From the NCBI GenBank assembly GCA_963786935.1, contig CAWBAN010000001.1, positions 1,248,001 to 1,312,000 on the forward strand: a DNA stretch of 64,000 nt, read 5' to 3'. The notes under the pieces were generated by a model that was not told the origin of the DNA, did no database searches, and saw only the letters and a program-made list of their open reading frames with translations. The stretch is from an uncultured bacterium (GTDB lineage Bacteria > Krumholzibacteriota > Krumholzibacteriia > Krumholzibacteriales > Krumholzibacteriaceae). Below are positions 34,145-44,249 of this stretch, in pieces. A program made the translations under genes and the position numbers. Position 1 is the first letter of the stretch, and every line of letters starts with the position of its first letter.

Positions 34145-34827
34145 ACCCGCGCGCGGCGCTCGAGCGCCTGCTCGCGTCGAGCACGGCTGTCATCTTCGAC
34201 TTCGATAACGTCATCGTCGACTCCGAGCCGTACCATTTCGAGGCGTACTCGCGCGTGTTCGCCGGAGCGGGACACACGCTGAACCGCGAAGAGTACTGGC
34301 TCGAATGGACCTCGCGCGGGGGCGGCGCCGAAAGCGAGATCCGGCGCTACAACCTCTCGCTGGACGCGGCCGCGGTGCGCGCGGAGAAGGATCCCATCTA
34401 CTCGGCTTTCTGCAGCTCGGGCGCCATCAAGCCGTTCCCCGAGGCGCGCGCCGTCATCGAGGCCTTCGAGAAGGCGGGGCTCGTGCTGGCGATCGCCTCC
34501 GGCTCCTACGAGCGCGATATCCGGGCCATCCTGCGGGCAAACGGCCTCGAGGACCGCTTCGGCGCCGTCGTCGGCAAGGACGCCGTCAAGCGGACGAAGC
34601 CCGCGCCCGACACCTTCCTCGCCGCGGCCGAGCGGCTCGGCGTCCCGCCGGAGCGATGTCTCGCGATCGAGGACGCGGAAAAGGGAGTGCGGAGCGCGAG
34701 GGACGCCGGCATGCGCGTCATTCTCCTCGAGACGGAAATCACGAGGCATCTGAAGCTCGAGGGCGCGGACCTGGCGCTGGCGAGCCTCGCCGAGCTTCGC
34801 GACCTCCTGATCGAATTGACCGCGTGA
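34141..34827 (+). CDS. HAD family phosphatase (beta-PGM/CbbY-like)
   Basis: IFDFDNVIVDSE, IASGS, KPAPDTF, IEDAEKG; start overlaps the upstream stop. Confidence 0.9.
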   Translation: MNPRAALERLLASSTAVIFDFDNVIVDSEPYHFEAYSRVFAGAGHTLNREEYWLEWTSRGGGAESEIRRYNLSLDAAAVRAEKDPIYSAFCSSGAIKPFPEARAVIEAFEKAGLVLAIASGSYERDIRAILRANGLEDRFGAVVGKDAVKRTKPAPDTFLAAAERLGVPPERCLAIEDAEKGVRSARDAGMRVILLETEITRHLKLEGADLALASLAELRDLLIELTA

Positions 34828-34842
34828 ACGCGGACCGGACCG

Positions 34843-35820
34843 CTAGTGGAAGAGGCTCTTGATCGCGCCCCAGCTCGTCGATTCCACGCCGATCTCGCAG
34901 GCCACGCCGGCCGTATCCACCGACGCGCATTCGACGAAAGAGGCTCGCGTGATCGTTTCCCCGGCGTCGCGCGTCAGGGAGAACGCCGTGAAATAGAGAA
35001 TCGGGGCGGCCGACACGCCGATTTGCAGACAGCACTGGATCTCGCCGGGAACGCTCGGTGTTTCGACGGCGAGCGTTCCGTCCTCGGCGCCTCTCGGATA
35101 GCGGTCCGTGCGGTAGCGGACCATCGTGCGGTTGCCGCTCCCGGCGACCCATGAGAGCTTCACCGCGCAGCCCTGCCCCTTCTCGGCCGTGAAGCCGGTC
35201 ACGGGCGCGTTGGGCTCCTCGCAGATCGGCTCCTGGCACGCAGAGAGGTAGCTCTGTCCGAGGAATCCGCCGTGCTGCGGGGAGAAGACGTCGTGCCAAT
35301 TCCCGCGGCCGTCCATCTCGATCATCTTGCCCGTCTGGCCGTTCGGCCTCAAATCGATCCACACGGGATCGTCGCCGTGGATGCGCACGATCTGGACGTA
35401 TCCGATCCGCACGGGACCGCACACGCCCTGCATCGCCTGGAGCGCGAGATCGAGGCGAGACTCGCTCCCGGAATAAGAGTGGGAGCTGCCGACGACGTTC
35501 CACGCATTGTCCGGAGTGAACACCGCGATGCTTTCGTTCGAAGCGACCGAGAACTCGAGGTAGATCGCTCCTTCATGGAGATTGTACGCCCAGAGGGGAA
35601 CGTCGATCACCGTCTCGCCCGCCAGCATGCCCCGCGAGCAAACGATATCCGAGGGAATAGAGGAGGCGTCGCCGAAATGGACGGCGAGCCTCACGAGATA
35701 ATCGATATCAGCGAGGCTCGATGAAAGCGAACGGGGCCCGCCGCACTGCGCCAGCGCGGTCCCCGCGGCGCAGAAGCAGAGAACGAAAAGGATAAGCCCC
35801 GCCATTCGAGCATTGCTCAT
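34843..35820 (-). CDS. Secreted Cys-containing protein with FN3-like domain and C-terminal SWGAIKSLF motif
   Basis: Signal peptide (ALA-Q); FN3-like V.GFTA...LSW...VRYRTDRYP; ends STSWGAIKSLFH. Confidence 0.7.
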   Translation of the reverse strand: MSNARMAGLILFVLCFCAAGTALAQCGGPRSLSSSLADIDYLVRLAVHFGDASSIPSDIVCSRGMLAGETVIDVPLWAYNLHEGAIYLEFSVASNESIAVFTPDNAWNVVGSSHSYSGSESRLDLALQAMQGVCGPVRIGYVQIVRIHGDDPVWIDLRPNGQTGKMIEMDGRGNWHDVFSPQHGGFLGQSYLSACQEPICEEPNAPVTGFTAEKGQGCAVKLSWVAGSGNRTMVRYRTDRYPRGAEDGTLAVETPSVPGEIQCCLQIGVSAAPILYFTAFSLTRDAGETITRASFVECASVDTAGVACEIGVESTSWGAIKSLFH

Positions 35821-35891
35821 GGAACACGAACCTCCACTGACCTCCGCTCCGCATGGATGGAGGACGCGTAAAATTCCTTTACGCTTTTCTA

Positions 35892-35920
35892 ATTATCTCA
35901 ATTTAAAGGGGTTTTGTCAA
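35892..35920 (-). promoter_or_regulatory. Putative sigma70 promoter
   Basis: Minus strand TTGACA-N17-GATAAT. Confidence 0.55.
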
Positions 35921-35978
35921 GTATACGGTCCGGCCCCGACCCGTGCGCTTCACCGCGGAAGAATTAACAAATCCGCTT

Positions 35979-37316
35979 TCACGCCTTTTCCCCCCGGCCC
36001 TTTTTCCTGTCGCGGAGACCGCGCCAGTACTCGATGCGCTTGATCATCTCCCGCTCGAAGCCGCGCTCGACGGGGCGATAGTAGCGGCGCCCGACGAGCT
36101 CATCGGGGAAATACTCCTGATCGACGATCGCGTCGGGATCCTCGTGCGGGTAGCGATAGCCCTTCCCGTACCCGATATCCTCCATGAGCCCCGTCACGGC
36201 GTTCCTGATCCAGAACGGCACGGGGAGCGGGCCGCGCTCCCGCACGTCCCCCGCGGCCTCGTCATAGGCCGTGTAGAGCGCGTTGCTCTTCGGGGCGAGC
36301 GCGAGATATGCGGCCGCCTGCGCGAGCGCGAGCTTCCCCTCGGGCATCCCGATGAAATGGACCGCCTGCATGGCATTCAATGCCGCGGTCAGCGCCTCGG
36401 GATCGGCGTTTCCGATGTCTTCCGAAGCGAAGCGCACGAGGCGGCGCGCCACGTAGAGCGGATCCTCCCCCGCCTCGAGCATGCGCGCGAGCCAGTACAG
36501 CGACGCGTCCGGATCGCCGCCGCGCAGGCTCTTGTGGAGCGCCGAAATGATGTTGTAGTGCTCCTCTCCCTTTTTGTCGTAGAGGATGGCCCGTTTCTGC
36601 GCGGCTTCCTCGAGAAGCCCCCGCGTGAGCGCGACGGCGCCGTTTGGCCGCCGGACGGACTGCACGGCCATCTCGAGCGCGTTGAGCGCCGTGCGCGCGT
36701 CCCCGAACGCCAGGTGCGCGAGATAGCGTACGTCATCCTCCGAAATCGAGATTTCGAGACCGCCGTATCCCACCTTCGCGTCGGCGAGGGCGCGCGCGAC
36801 GACCTTCACGATCTCCTCCTCGCCGAGCGGCTTCAGGACGAACACGCGGCACCGCGACAGCAGCGGCGCGATGACCTCGAAGCTCGGATTTTCCGTCGTC
36901 GCGCCGATGAGCACGATCGTGCCGTCCTCGATGAAGGGGAGGAACGCGTCCTGCTGCGCCTTGTTGAAACGATGGATCTCGTCGATGAAGAGGATCGTCC
37001 TCGCGCCGTTGATGCCGAGGCGCGAAACCGCCTCCGCCGCGACGCGCTTGACGTCGGCGATCCCCGACGTCACGGCGGAGAAATGCTCGAAATGCGCGTC
37101 GACCGCCGACGCGATGAGGCGGGCGAGCGTCGTTTTGCCGCACCCCGGAGGTCCCCAGAAGATGAGGGAGCTTTCGAGCCTGCCGTTCTCGAGGACGCGC
37201 CGGAGAATTTTCCCCTCGCCGACGAGATCATCCTGCCCGACGAACTCATCGAGGCTCCGCGGACGCATCCGCTCGGCCAAAGGGGGCGGCACTTCGCTCT
37301 TGAACAGATCGTGCAT
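35979..37316 (-). CDS. rarA: Replication-associated recombination protein A
   Basis: PLAERMRP, WGPPGCGKT, DEIHRFNKAQQD, ATTENP, SALHKSLRG, SEDIGNADP, Y.YPH. Confidence 0.96.
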   Translation of the reverse strand: MHDLFKSEVPPPLAERMRPRSLDEFVGQDDLVGEGKILRRVLENGRLESSLIFWGPPGCGKTTLARLIASAVDAHFEHFSAVTSGIADVKRVAAEAVSRLGINGARTILFIDEIHRFNKAQQDAFLPFIEDGTIVLIGATTENPSFEVIAPLLSRCRVFVLKPLGEEEIVKVVARALADAKVGYGGLEISISEDDVRYLAHLAFGDARTALNALEMAVQSVRRPNGAVALTRGLLEEAAQKRAILYDKKGEEHYNIISALHKSLRGGDPDASLYWLARMLEAGEDPLYVARRLVRFASEDIGNADPEALTAALNAMQAVHFIGMPEGKLALAQAAAYLALAPKSNALYTAYDEAAGDVRERGPLPVPFWIRNAVTGLMEDIGYGKGYRYPHEDPDAIVDQEYFPDELVGRRYYRPVERGFEREMIKRIEYWRGLRDRKKGRGEKA

Positions 37317-37319
37317 GGC

Positions 37320-38264
37320 TCAGCTGTAGTCGGGGGTTTTCTCGAAGGAATGCTCCGTCTTGAGGAAACGGATCGTTCCGGATTTGCCCCGGAAGACGAC
37401 GCTGTGGGTAACGGCGCCCCCCGGCCTGAACATGACGCCGTCGAGGAAGTCGCTGCGCGAGACGCCCGTGGCGGCGAACATGACGTCCCCGACCACGAGG
37501 TCGCGGGCGCCGTAAATCTTCCGCAGATCGCTCGGCAGGTTCTCCGGCGCCGTGTCGAGCGCCGGCATGAACTGCACCTGAAATCCGCCGCCGAGACACG
37601 CGATGGCCGCGGCCGCGATGATTCCCTGCTTCGAATCGCCGACGCCCATCATGACGTCGATGCCCGTCTCGGGGAGCGAAGCCGATATCGCGGCGGCGAG
37701 CTCCCCCGCTTTGAGAAGTTCGATCCGCGCGCCGGCCCGGCGCACCTCGTCGATGAGCGCGCGATGCCGCTCCCGATCGAGGATCGAAACGGTCAGATCC
37801 TCGACGTACACCCGCTTGGCGTCCGCGATGCGAACGAGATTGTCGAACACCGAGGAGTTGAGATCGATCGCCTCCGCCGCATCGGCCCCCACCGCGATCT
37901 TCCGCATGTAGGGTGCCGCACTCTCGGCGAAGGTTCCCCGCTGACCCATGGCGATCACCGAGATCGAATTCGACTGGCCGTCGGCGAGCGCCTCGATGCA
38001 GTCGACCGGATCGAGAACGACGTCGAAGGCGGCCTCGCCGCCGGCGCCGATCGCGTCCCCGACGCAGAGCTTCGATGTTTCGCTGATCCGCTCCTCGCCG
38101 ATGATGATCCGGCCGGATACCTTCACGCCCCTGAAGGCGAGATCCATCGCCTCGACGGCGGCGGCATCCGCGATCGCCGGATTCCCCTTTCCGAAGAAAC
38201 GGGCGGACGCGAGCGCCGCGGCCTCCGTGACCCTCACGAGCTCGAGAGCGAGGTTGCGGTCCAA
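37320..38264 (-). CDS. glpX: Class II fructose-1,6-bisphosphatase (GlpX) homologue with divergent active-site motifs
   Basis: LDRNLALELVRVTEAAALA start (TTG after GGAGG), IIGE, YMRK, DRERH, FAATGV, SGTIRF; several motif positions differ from canonical GlpX. Confidence 0.8.
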   Translation of the reverse strand: MDRNLALELVRVTEAAALASARFFGKGNPAIADAAAVEAMDLAFRGVKVSGRIIIGEERISETSKLCVGDAIGAGGEAAFDVVLDPVDCIEALADGQSNSISVIAMGQRGTFAESAAPYMRKIAVGADAAEAIDLNSSVFDNLVRIADAKRVYVEDLTVSILDRERHRALIDEVRRAGARIELLKAGELAAAISASLPETGIDVMMGVGDSKQGIIAAAAIACLGGGFQVQFMPALDTAPENLPSDLRKIYGARDLVVGDVMFAATGVSRSDFLDGVMFRPGGAVTHSVVFRGKSGTIRFLKTEHSFEKTPDYS

Positions 38265-38289
38265 GCGGATGTGCCTCCGGGTGCGCGGG

Positions 38290-38727
38290 CTACAGCTCTG
38301 TCTTCTCGAACGGCTCGGCGGCGCGGACATCGGGGCCGCCGGCGGCCTGCGGGCCCTTGTTCCGGGCGAAGAGCTCGTTGACGTCCTTCGCCATCTGGTA
38401 CTGATGGATGCCGTACACGATGGGAAGCAGCGGATAGGCGAAGAACGCCGTCAACGGGTAGGCGAAGATCTGGATGATGAAGGTGAGCCAGAACCAGTTC
38501 CATTGACCGAGGTAAATGTATCCCACGGGGCCGAGAAATATCCAGCTGAAGAAGAAGCCGAGGGCCGCGGCCGCCTTGGGATTCTTCAGCTCCTTCACGG
38601 CTTTTATCCTCGTGAGCTCGTGCCGGTAGAGCGAAGACGGGGCATCTCCATTCCCGGCCTTCTTCCCGCAGGAGGCACAGTATTCCGCCGCGCTGTCGAT
38701 CTCGGTTCCGCAGTATTTGCAGTACAT
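38290..38727 (-). CDS. Zinc-ribbon domain membrane protein (TM2-like)
   Basis: MYCKYCG...YCASCG, followed by KNP..AA.L...GPVGYIYLGQW TM helices. Confidence 0.8.
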   Translation of the reverse strand: MYCKYCGTEIDSAAEYCASCGKKAGNGDAPSSLYRHELTRIKAVKELKNPKAAAALGFFFSWIFLGPVGYIYLGQWNWFWLTFIIQIFAYPLTAFFAYPLLPIVYGIHQYQMAKDVNELFARNKGPQAAGGPDVRAAEPFEKTEL

Positions 38728-38836
38728 GGCTCTTACCTCCGATCCTGGACTCCTCACCCATTATTACGGTTCCAGCGGAGGATTGTTTCTCCATTCCTGG
38801 AGCTATTCTAAATAATATCGGCTCGATGCGACAGCA

Positions 38837-40018
38837 TTATTTCCCGGCGGGCTGCTTCTTTTTCGCTTCCTCGATCCGGTCGAGGTTCGCCCGCGCGGCG
38901 GCGTTGCCCGGCTCGATCGCGAGGGCGCGATTCAAGAGCGCGACCGCTTCGTCGAGATCTCCCTTCGAGGCGAGTATCACCGCGAGATTGATCATCCCCT
39001 GCGGCCACTCGGGCTTCGCGGCGACGGCGCGCCTCGCCCAGGGAATCGCCTCATCCGGCTTCCCGAGCCCGTGGAGACACATCGCGATCTTGTCCTGAAC
39101 CTCGGGATCCTGATCGAGCTTCATATACTGCTTCAAGGCCGCTTCATAATCGCCCGCGTGGAAAAGAACTCGCGCGAGCTGCTTTCTGATTTCGACGTCG
39201 TCGCGCTCGGCCAGGAGCCCCTCGAGCAGGGCGCGCGCCCCCGCATGATCGCCGCGCCTGTCGAGCGCCTCGGCGAGATAGCCCGCGATCTCCCGATCGC
39301 CGGGACGCAGCCTCGAGGCCTCGGCGAGAACGTCCGCGGCTTCCCGCGGTCTCCCCGCGTTGATGAGGAGGAGCCCGTACTGGACGAGAAATTCCGGCGG
39401 CGCGTCTCCGAGCGAATCCGCCTTCACGAAATAAGTCTCGGCGAGGACGGGATTCTCCCGGGCCAGGAGCATCCCCTTGAGACCGTTCAGGTAGGGATCG
39501 CCCGCGTCGCGCCGGAGCCCCTCATCGACGTACTTGAGCGCGGCGTCGCGCTTGTCGAGCTTGATGCCGGCGACGGCGAGATTCCGGTAGACGAGGGCGT
39601 CGTACTTCCCGTCGCAGAAGAGCTTCGCTTCCATGAACTCCGTTTGCGCGCGCCCCGTTTTCCCGATCCGCATGAGGTAGACGGCGAAGTGCAGATGGCT
39701 CTCGCAGTTCTCGTAATCGGCGAGAATGCCCTGTTCGAACGCGGCGACGGCCTCGTCCCCGCGCCCGAGAGCGGCGAGGGCCCGGGCCCTCTGGACGAGG
39801 CTTCGCGGGTCGCTCTCCCCCGCGGCGATGAGGCTGTCGGCGATCGAGAGCGCCTCGTCGAAGCGTCCCGCTTCGAGCGCCGCGTTCGCCCGCGCGTCGG
39901 CGTGGGCGCGCGACTCGATCCACTCGCCGGGGACGCGCGTCATCTCCTTCGCGCAGGCGGCGAGGAGCAATGCGGCCAGCAAGGCGCACGCCGCGGATTG
40001 TCCGGGGTAGATTCTCAT
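38837..40018 (-). CDS. TPR-repeat lipoprotein (PilF/PilW-like)
   Basis: Lipobox LAAC; many TPR units. Confidence 0.8.
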   Translation of the reverse strand: MRIYPGQSAACALLAALLLAACAKEMTRVPGEWIESRAHADARANAALEAGRFDEALSIADSLIAAGESDPRSLVQRARALAALGRGDEAVAAFEQGILADYENCESHLHFAVYLMRIGKTGRAQTEFMEAKLFCDGKYDALVYRNLAVAGIKLDKRDAALKYVDEGLRRDAGDPYLNGLKGMLLARENPVLAETYFVKADSLGDAPPEFLVQYGLLLINAGRPREAADVLAEASRLRPGDREIAGYLAEALDRRGDHAGARALLEGLLAERDDVEIRKQLARVLFHAGDYEAALKQYMKLDQDPEVQDKIAMCLHGLGKPDEAIPWARRAVAAKPEWPQGMINLAVILASKGDLDEAVALLNRALAIEPGNAAARANLDRIEEAKKKQPAGK

Positions 40019-40051
40019 CGGCCCGATTGTACGGATTCGCCGCGCGAGGTT

Positions 40052-40594
40052 CTAGCGCTTTTTCAGGCCGGGCTTCTTGTAGCCGAGCAGCCGATGCCGC
40101 AGTTTGCCGAGGAAACAGTTGAGCGGATGGCTCCTCGGCAGACGGCCGAACACGGGCTGCCGGCGCACGCCCATGCCGGAGAGCTCGAGGGCGGCCGGAG
40201 AGTTTGTATTGTCGATCGAGTAGGCTCTGGTGAAGAGGTCGCGCGCCTCTTTCCTGCATCCCTGCGCGAGCCAGACACGGCCGAAATTCACGAGAATGAT
40301 GGGAGACTGAGGCGCGAGCTTCGCCGCCTTGCCGCAGAGCTTCGTCGCCTCCGTGAGATTTCCGCGCATCCCGACGCAGAGCCCGTAGTACGAAAGGTAG
40401 AGGGGATTCTCGCTCGAAATCCTCACCGCTTCCTCCAGGAGCTCCTCCGCCATTTCGAATTTCCCTCGCACTATGCACGCCTCCGCCCTCCGAAACAGCT
40501 CCTGCGACTCGAACGTCTCGTTCTGCAAAGGATCCGGGGGAGTCTGCTTCCAGTCGGTTAACTTGTTGCTAATGTTGCTGATTCTGCTTCCCAT
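40052..40594 (-). CDS. Short TPR-repeat protein
   Basis: TPR-like helices (YLSYYG, NFGRVWL) and G.RR.P....L.R.HPLN..LGK C-terminus. Confidence 0.7.
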   Translation of the reverse strand: MGSRISNISNKLTDWKQTPPDPLQNETFESQELFRRAEACIVRGKFEMAEELLEEAVRISSENPLYLSYYGLCVGMRGNLTEATKLCGKAAKLAPQSPIILVNFGRVWLAQGCRKEARDLFTRAYSIDNTNSPAALELSGMGVRRQPVFGRLPRSHPLNCFLGKLRHRLLGYKKPGLKKR

Positions 40595-40755
40595 GCGCTG
40601 TCCCCCCCGGCGAATGACCGGCACTAATGTCCATAGATTCCTCGAACGGTCCGTACCGCTGCAAAAAATATACCCTCAAACAGCTCGGAGGCATGCGGCC
40701 CGCGATATTCCGGCGATTCGAAGCAAGCGGGCTAATGTCAAGCCGGACAAAGCGT

Positions 40756-40784
40756 TTGACTTGCAGAGGGACCTGCGATACAAT
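40756..40784 (+). promoter_or_regulatory. Putative sigma70 promoter
   Basis: TTGACT-N17-TACAAT. Confidence 0.65.
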
Positions 40785-40872
40785 TATATGGTAAAGGATT
40801 TTTACTCTGCCGCTTCTCGCCGCGCGGCTCGGTTCTTCAGGGGAGCGCATGTCCGGAAGGCGGCCTTTTTTT

Positions 40873-42108
40873 ATGCAGAGGTACTGCTTCACCATAGCGC
40901 TGTGCTCGACCGTTCTCGCATTTGCTTTCGGCGCGGCGCGCGCCGAGGATCCGGCGTCGATTCAGCTCGTCGGAACATTCAACGGCATCACGTGCGAGCC
41001 GTCCGATGCCTCAAATAACATGGAGGCGCAGGGGAATCACGCCTGGCGCAAGCTCATGTTCATCGACGAGCCCGGCGATCCCGATACGATTCTTTTCAAG
41101 TTCACGCGGGACGGCTCGTATTTCCCGGAGCACTGGGGCTGGAGCGGCGCGTGGGGGGTCGCCCGGCTCGCCTGGAGTCCACCGGGCATCGCGACGGTCC
41201 TCCCGGACAGCGGCTATTACTATTTCCATTTCAACGACGCCGATTACGCGTATCGGCTCGATCGCCCCGGCGGGAGCATCTCGGGCGACGTCTCCACTGA
41301 CGGCCGATCGGATCTTCCTGCGGGCACGTCCGTTGCGCTCCTCGACGCCGCTGACAACCTGATCGGCACGTTCTCGGACTTCGTCGGCGCCGCCTACCGC
41401 TTCGACTCGCTCCCCCCCGCCGTGTTCACGATCGCCGCGCACGCGCCCGGCTACCGCGACACCACGATCACGGGCGTCGCGCTCGGCCCCGACGAGGCGC
41501 TCGTCGTGCCGGTCCACCTGAGCTCGCTGGTCGGCACGGCCATCGCGTCCGCCTCGTGCACCCGCGTCGCGGGGGGCGTCCGCATCGGCTGGTGCACCAT
41601 GGAATGCGGCGGCGAAACGGGGTTCGACGTCTACCGCGGCTTCACGCCGGAGCTCGCGGCCATGGAGAAACGGAACGACGCGCCCATCCGGTCGAGCCGG
41701 ACCTACGAGTTCGTCGATCCGTGCGAGGATGCGACGAAGGATCTCTACTACTACCTCGTCGAGGCCGGCGGGGACCGTCCGACGCGGTACGGCCCCCTTG
41801 CCGTGGAGGGGATTCCCGCCCCCGCGGCGGCCCTCGGCCGGAACTATCCGAATCCCTTCAATCCGTCGACGACGATTCCCTACACGATCGGCGCGGACGG
41901 CGCCGGGCGGCCGGCGACGATCTCGTTCTTCGACGTATCGGGCAGAATGGTGGACCGCCGGTCGCTCGGATCGAGGCCAGCCGGCGACTACGCCTTCCGA
42001 TGGAATCCGTCCGCCGCCCTGCGGCCGGACCTCCCCTCGGGCGTCTACTACTGCAGGCTGCAGATCGGCAAGGAAATCCACACGAGCACCGTGATCCTCC
42101 TCCGCTGA
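40873..42108 (+). CDS. Secreted protein: SusE/X25-like N-terminal domain, carboxypeptidase-regulatory-like domain and T9SS-like C-terminal domain
   Basis: Signal peptide (ARA); LVGTFN...FKF...WG...YYFHFND; GSISG.V...APGY; C-terminal NYPNPFNPST...SGVYYC. Confidence 0.7.
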   Translation: MQRYCFTIALCSTVLAFAFGAARAEDPASIQLVGTFNGITCEPSDASNNMEAQGNHAWRKLMFIDEPGDPDTILFKFTRDGSYFPEHWGWSGAWGVARLAWSPPGIATVLPDSGYYYFHFNDADYAYRLDRPGGSISGDVSTDGRSDLPAGTSVALLDAADNLIGTFSDFVGAAYRFDSLPPAVFTIAAHAPGYRDTTITGVALGPDEALVVPVHLSSLVGTAIASASCTRVAGGVRIGWCTMECGGETGFDVYRGFTPELAAMEKRNDAPIRSSRTYEFVDPCEDATKDLYYYLVEAGGDRPTRYGPLAVEGIPAPAAALGRNYPNPFNPSTTIPYTIGADGAGRPATISFFDVSGRMVDRRSLGSRPAGDYAFRWNPSAALRPDLPSGVYYCRLQIGKEIHTSTVILLR

Positions 42109-42162
42109 GCCGGGCCTCGTTTTTCATTCGCCGCATCGCCTCCGTTATGATATTTTAACCGC

Positions 42163-42798
42163 ATGAGAAGCACCCGTACGATCGCCGCGGCGCTGTCGAT
42201 CGCGTTCGTCCTCGCATCGGGCGGGGCGCTGCAGGCGCAGGATCTCAAGGGACGCGAGCTGCTCGGGGTCCGCTTCGGCGGCCTCGTGTCGACCGGCGCC
42301 CTGGACGCGGCATTCGGCGGCGGCAGCGAGATCGAGCTCCATTTCATCCACGGCATCACGAACGTGTGGGGCGTCGATGTCGCGCTTTCCTCGCACAACT
42401 TCGGCGCGGCGAAGAACCAGGACAAGAACCTCGCGTACTTCGACCGGACGGACGTCGATCTCCAGATGTTCGCCTTGGCGGCCGGCGTGATCTATTACAA
42501 AACGATGGGCCAGCGCTGGCGGCCGACCGTCGAGGCGGGACCCGGGCTCTACAGCGCGAACGCGATCCTTTCCTCGGGATTCAACGAGGCGCAGAAAACG
42601 GACAATCACTTCGGAATCTACGCCGGCCTCGGGCTGCTCTATCGGTTGGCCAAGACGGTCCAGCTCAACGCGAACGTCAAGTACCATCTGGTGTTCATCG
42701 GCGCGGACATGGAAAATACGCTGTATTTCTACACAGGGGAGAACACCGTGGGATTTTTCCAGATCACGGCCGGCATCATGGTCAATTCGGGCAGCTGA
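42163..42798 (+). CDS. Outer-membrane beta-barrel protein (OmpA/OmpW-like)
   Basis: Signal peptide (AQD), about 8 amphipathic strands, FGIYAGLG. Confidence 0.7.
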   Translation: MRSTRTIAAALSIAFVLASGGALQAQDLKGRELLGVRFGGLVSTGALDAAFGGGSEIELHFIHGITNVWGVDVALSSHNFGAAKNQDKNLAYFDRTDVDLQMFALAAGVIYYKTMGQRWRPTVEAGPGLYSANAILSSGFNEAQKTDNHFGIYAGLGLLYRLAKTVQLNANVKYHLVFIGADMENTLYFYTGENTVGFFQITAGIMVNSGS

Positions 42799-42839
42799 CG
42801 CCGGCGCTCGGCATTCAGCCATACGCGAGGGGAGAGAAC

Positions 42840-43376
42840 ATGAACGAAAGAGAAGAGCTCCTGAACATCCTCAAGAAACGCTCCATCCTCAAGGGGGATT
42901 TCACGCTCGCCTCGGGGAAGAAAAGCAGCTACTACATCAACGGCAAGATGACGACCCTGTTTTCCCGCGGGCTGCACCTCTCGGCGAAGCTCCTCCTCGA
43001 CCGCGTCGAGGGAGTCGAATACGACGCGTTCGCCGGCCCGACGATCGGCGCCGATCCCATCATCGGCGCGCTCCTCTCGCTCGCCGCGGAGCGGGGCCTC
43101 GACAAGGAGGGATTCCTCATCCGCAAGGAAGCGAAGGATCACGGGACGAAGAACCTCGTCGAGGGGAACCTGCAGAAGGGAATGCGCGTGATCCTGCTCG
43201 AGGACGTGGCGACGACCGGAGGCTCGCTCCTCAAGGCGGCCCGGGCGATCGAGGCCGGCGGGGGCGTGATCGCCGGGATCCACACGATCGTCGACCGCGA
43301 AGAGGGCGCCGAAACGAATCTCGCGGAAGCGGGATACCGCTTCTCGTCGCTCTTCAAGGTGAAAGAGCTGCTCTGA
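42840..43376 (+). CDS. pyrE: Orotate phosphoribosyltransferase
   Basis: FTLASGKKSSYYI, RKEAKDHG, PRPP motif LLEDVATTGGS, VDREEG. Confidence 0.95.
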   Translation: MNEREELLNILKKRSILKGDFTLASGKKSSYYINGKMTTLFSRGLHLSAKLLLDRVEGVEYDAFAGPTIGADPIIGALLSLAAERGLDKEGFLIRKEAKDHGTKNLVEGNLQKGMRVILLEDVATTGGSLLKAARAIEAGGGVIAGIHTIVDREEGAETNLAEAGYRFSSLFKVKELL

Positions 43377-43396
43377 TCGGCGCCGCTCGGCCCCGT

Positions 43397-44209
43397 TCAG
43401 CGCTGCGGAGGCGCTTGCGCTTCCGCCGCGCCGGCGCCTGTCACGCCGATCGTATCCTCGTTCGTCACCCGGAAGATCGAATCGGGCATGACCGCATCGA
43501 GATCGATGACGGACAGCAAATACTCGTAGTACGGGGCGCCCCGGAAGGTGGCCTTGAACTCCTGCGGAAACGGGATTCCCTTGAGATCGGTGTAGTGATC
43601 GTAATTCTCGGCGAATCCCGCCACCGAGTCGGCGCTGCTCCTCACCTCGACCCCGCTCAGGAGCCAGGTCTTTCGGTCGACGGCCAACGTGACGACGTTC
43701 GGCCCGTCGATATACCGCACCCGGACGACGCTGTCCCGCTTCGCCACGGGGAGCGTCTCCCCCGCGGGGGCGGTCTGCGCCCACTGGATGCAGTCGGGGA
43801 AGCGGTACTTGAGCAGACCGAGCTCCATCGCGGGGACCTCTTGAATTCCCCTTCCCTTGAGCCATTCGCGGCTCGTCGTGCCGTCGAAGCACAGCACGAT
43901 GACGTCGGTGAGCTTGCCGGCGGGAGCGCTCATGACCTTGTGCTTGTAGAGCTCGCCCTTCCGGTAGATGTCGAACGCGAAGTTTCTCACGACCGCATCG
44001 GAGCTCATGTCCTTGATGAATCCCTTGGCCGCGTAGCTCCGGAGACGGGCCGCGTTTTCCGCCCCGCCGTGCGCGCGGAGCATCTTCTTCGCGACCCCCT
44101 CGGGGCTCGAGGGCACGCCCGAACACGCGACGAACGCGAGAGCCAGAAGCGCGGCGACGATCAGCCCGAACGCCGTTGAGCGCGCGCTACCCGAATGTGT
44201 TCCTGCCAC
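43397..44209 (-). CDS. Hypothetical lipoprotein (LolA-like fold possible)
   Basis: Lipobox FVAC; AHGG...L; C-terminal GIPFP...D.IF. Confidence 0.65.
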   Translation of the reverse strand: MAGTHSGSARSTAFGLIVAALLALAFVACSGVPSSPEGVAKKMLRAHGGAENAARLRSYAAKGFIKDMSSDAVVRNFAFDIYRKGELYKHKVMSAPAGKLTDVIVLCFDGTTSREWLKGRGIQEVPAMELGLLKYRFPDCIQWAQTAPAGETLPVAKRDSVVRVRYIDGPNVVTLAVDRKTWLLSGVEVRSSADSVAGFAENYDHYTDLKGIPFPQEFKATFRGAPYYEYLLSVIDLDAVMPDSIFRVTNEDTIGVTGAGAAEAQAPPQR

Positions 44210-44249
44210 GTTGGTTTCCTCCCGATTCCGTTTCGAACAGAAGTCCGCA

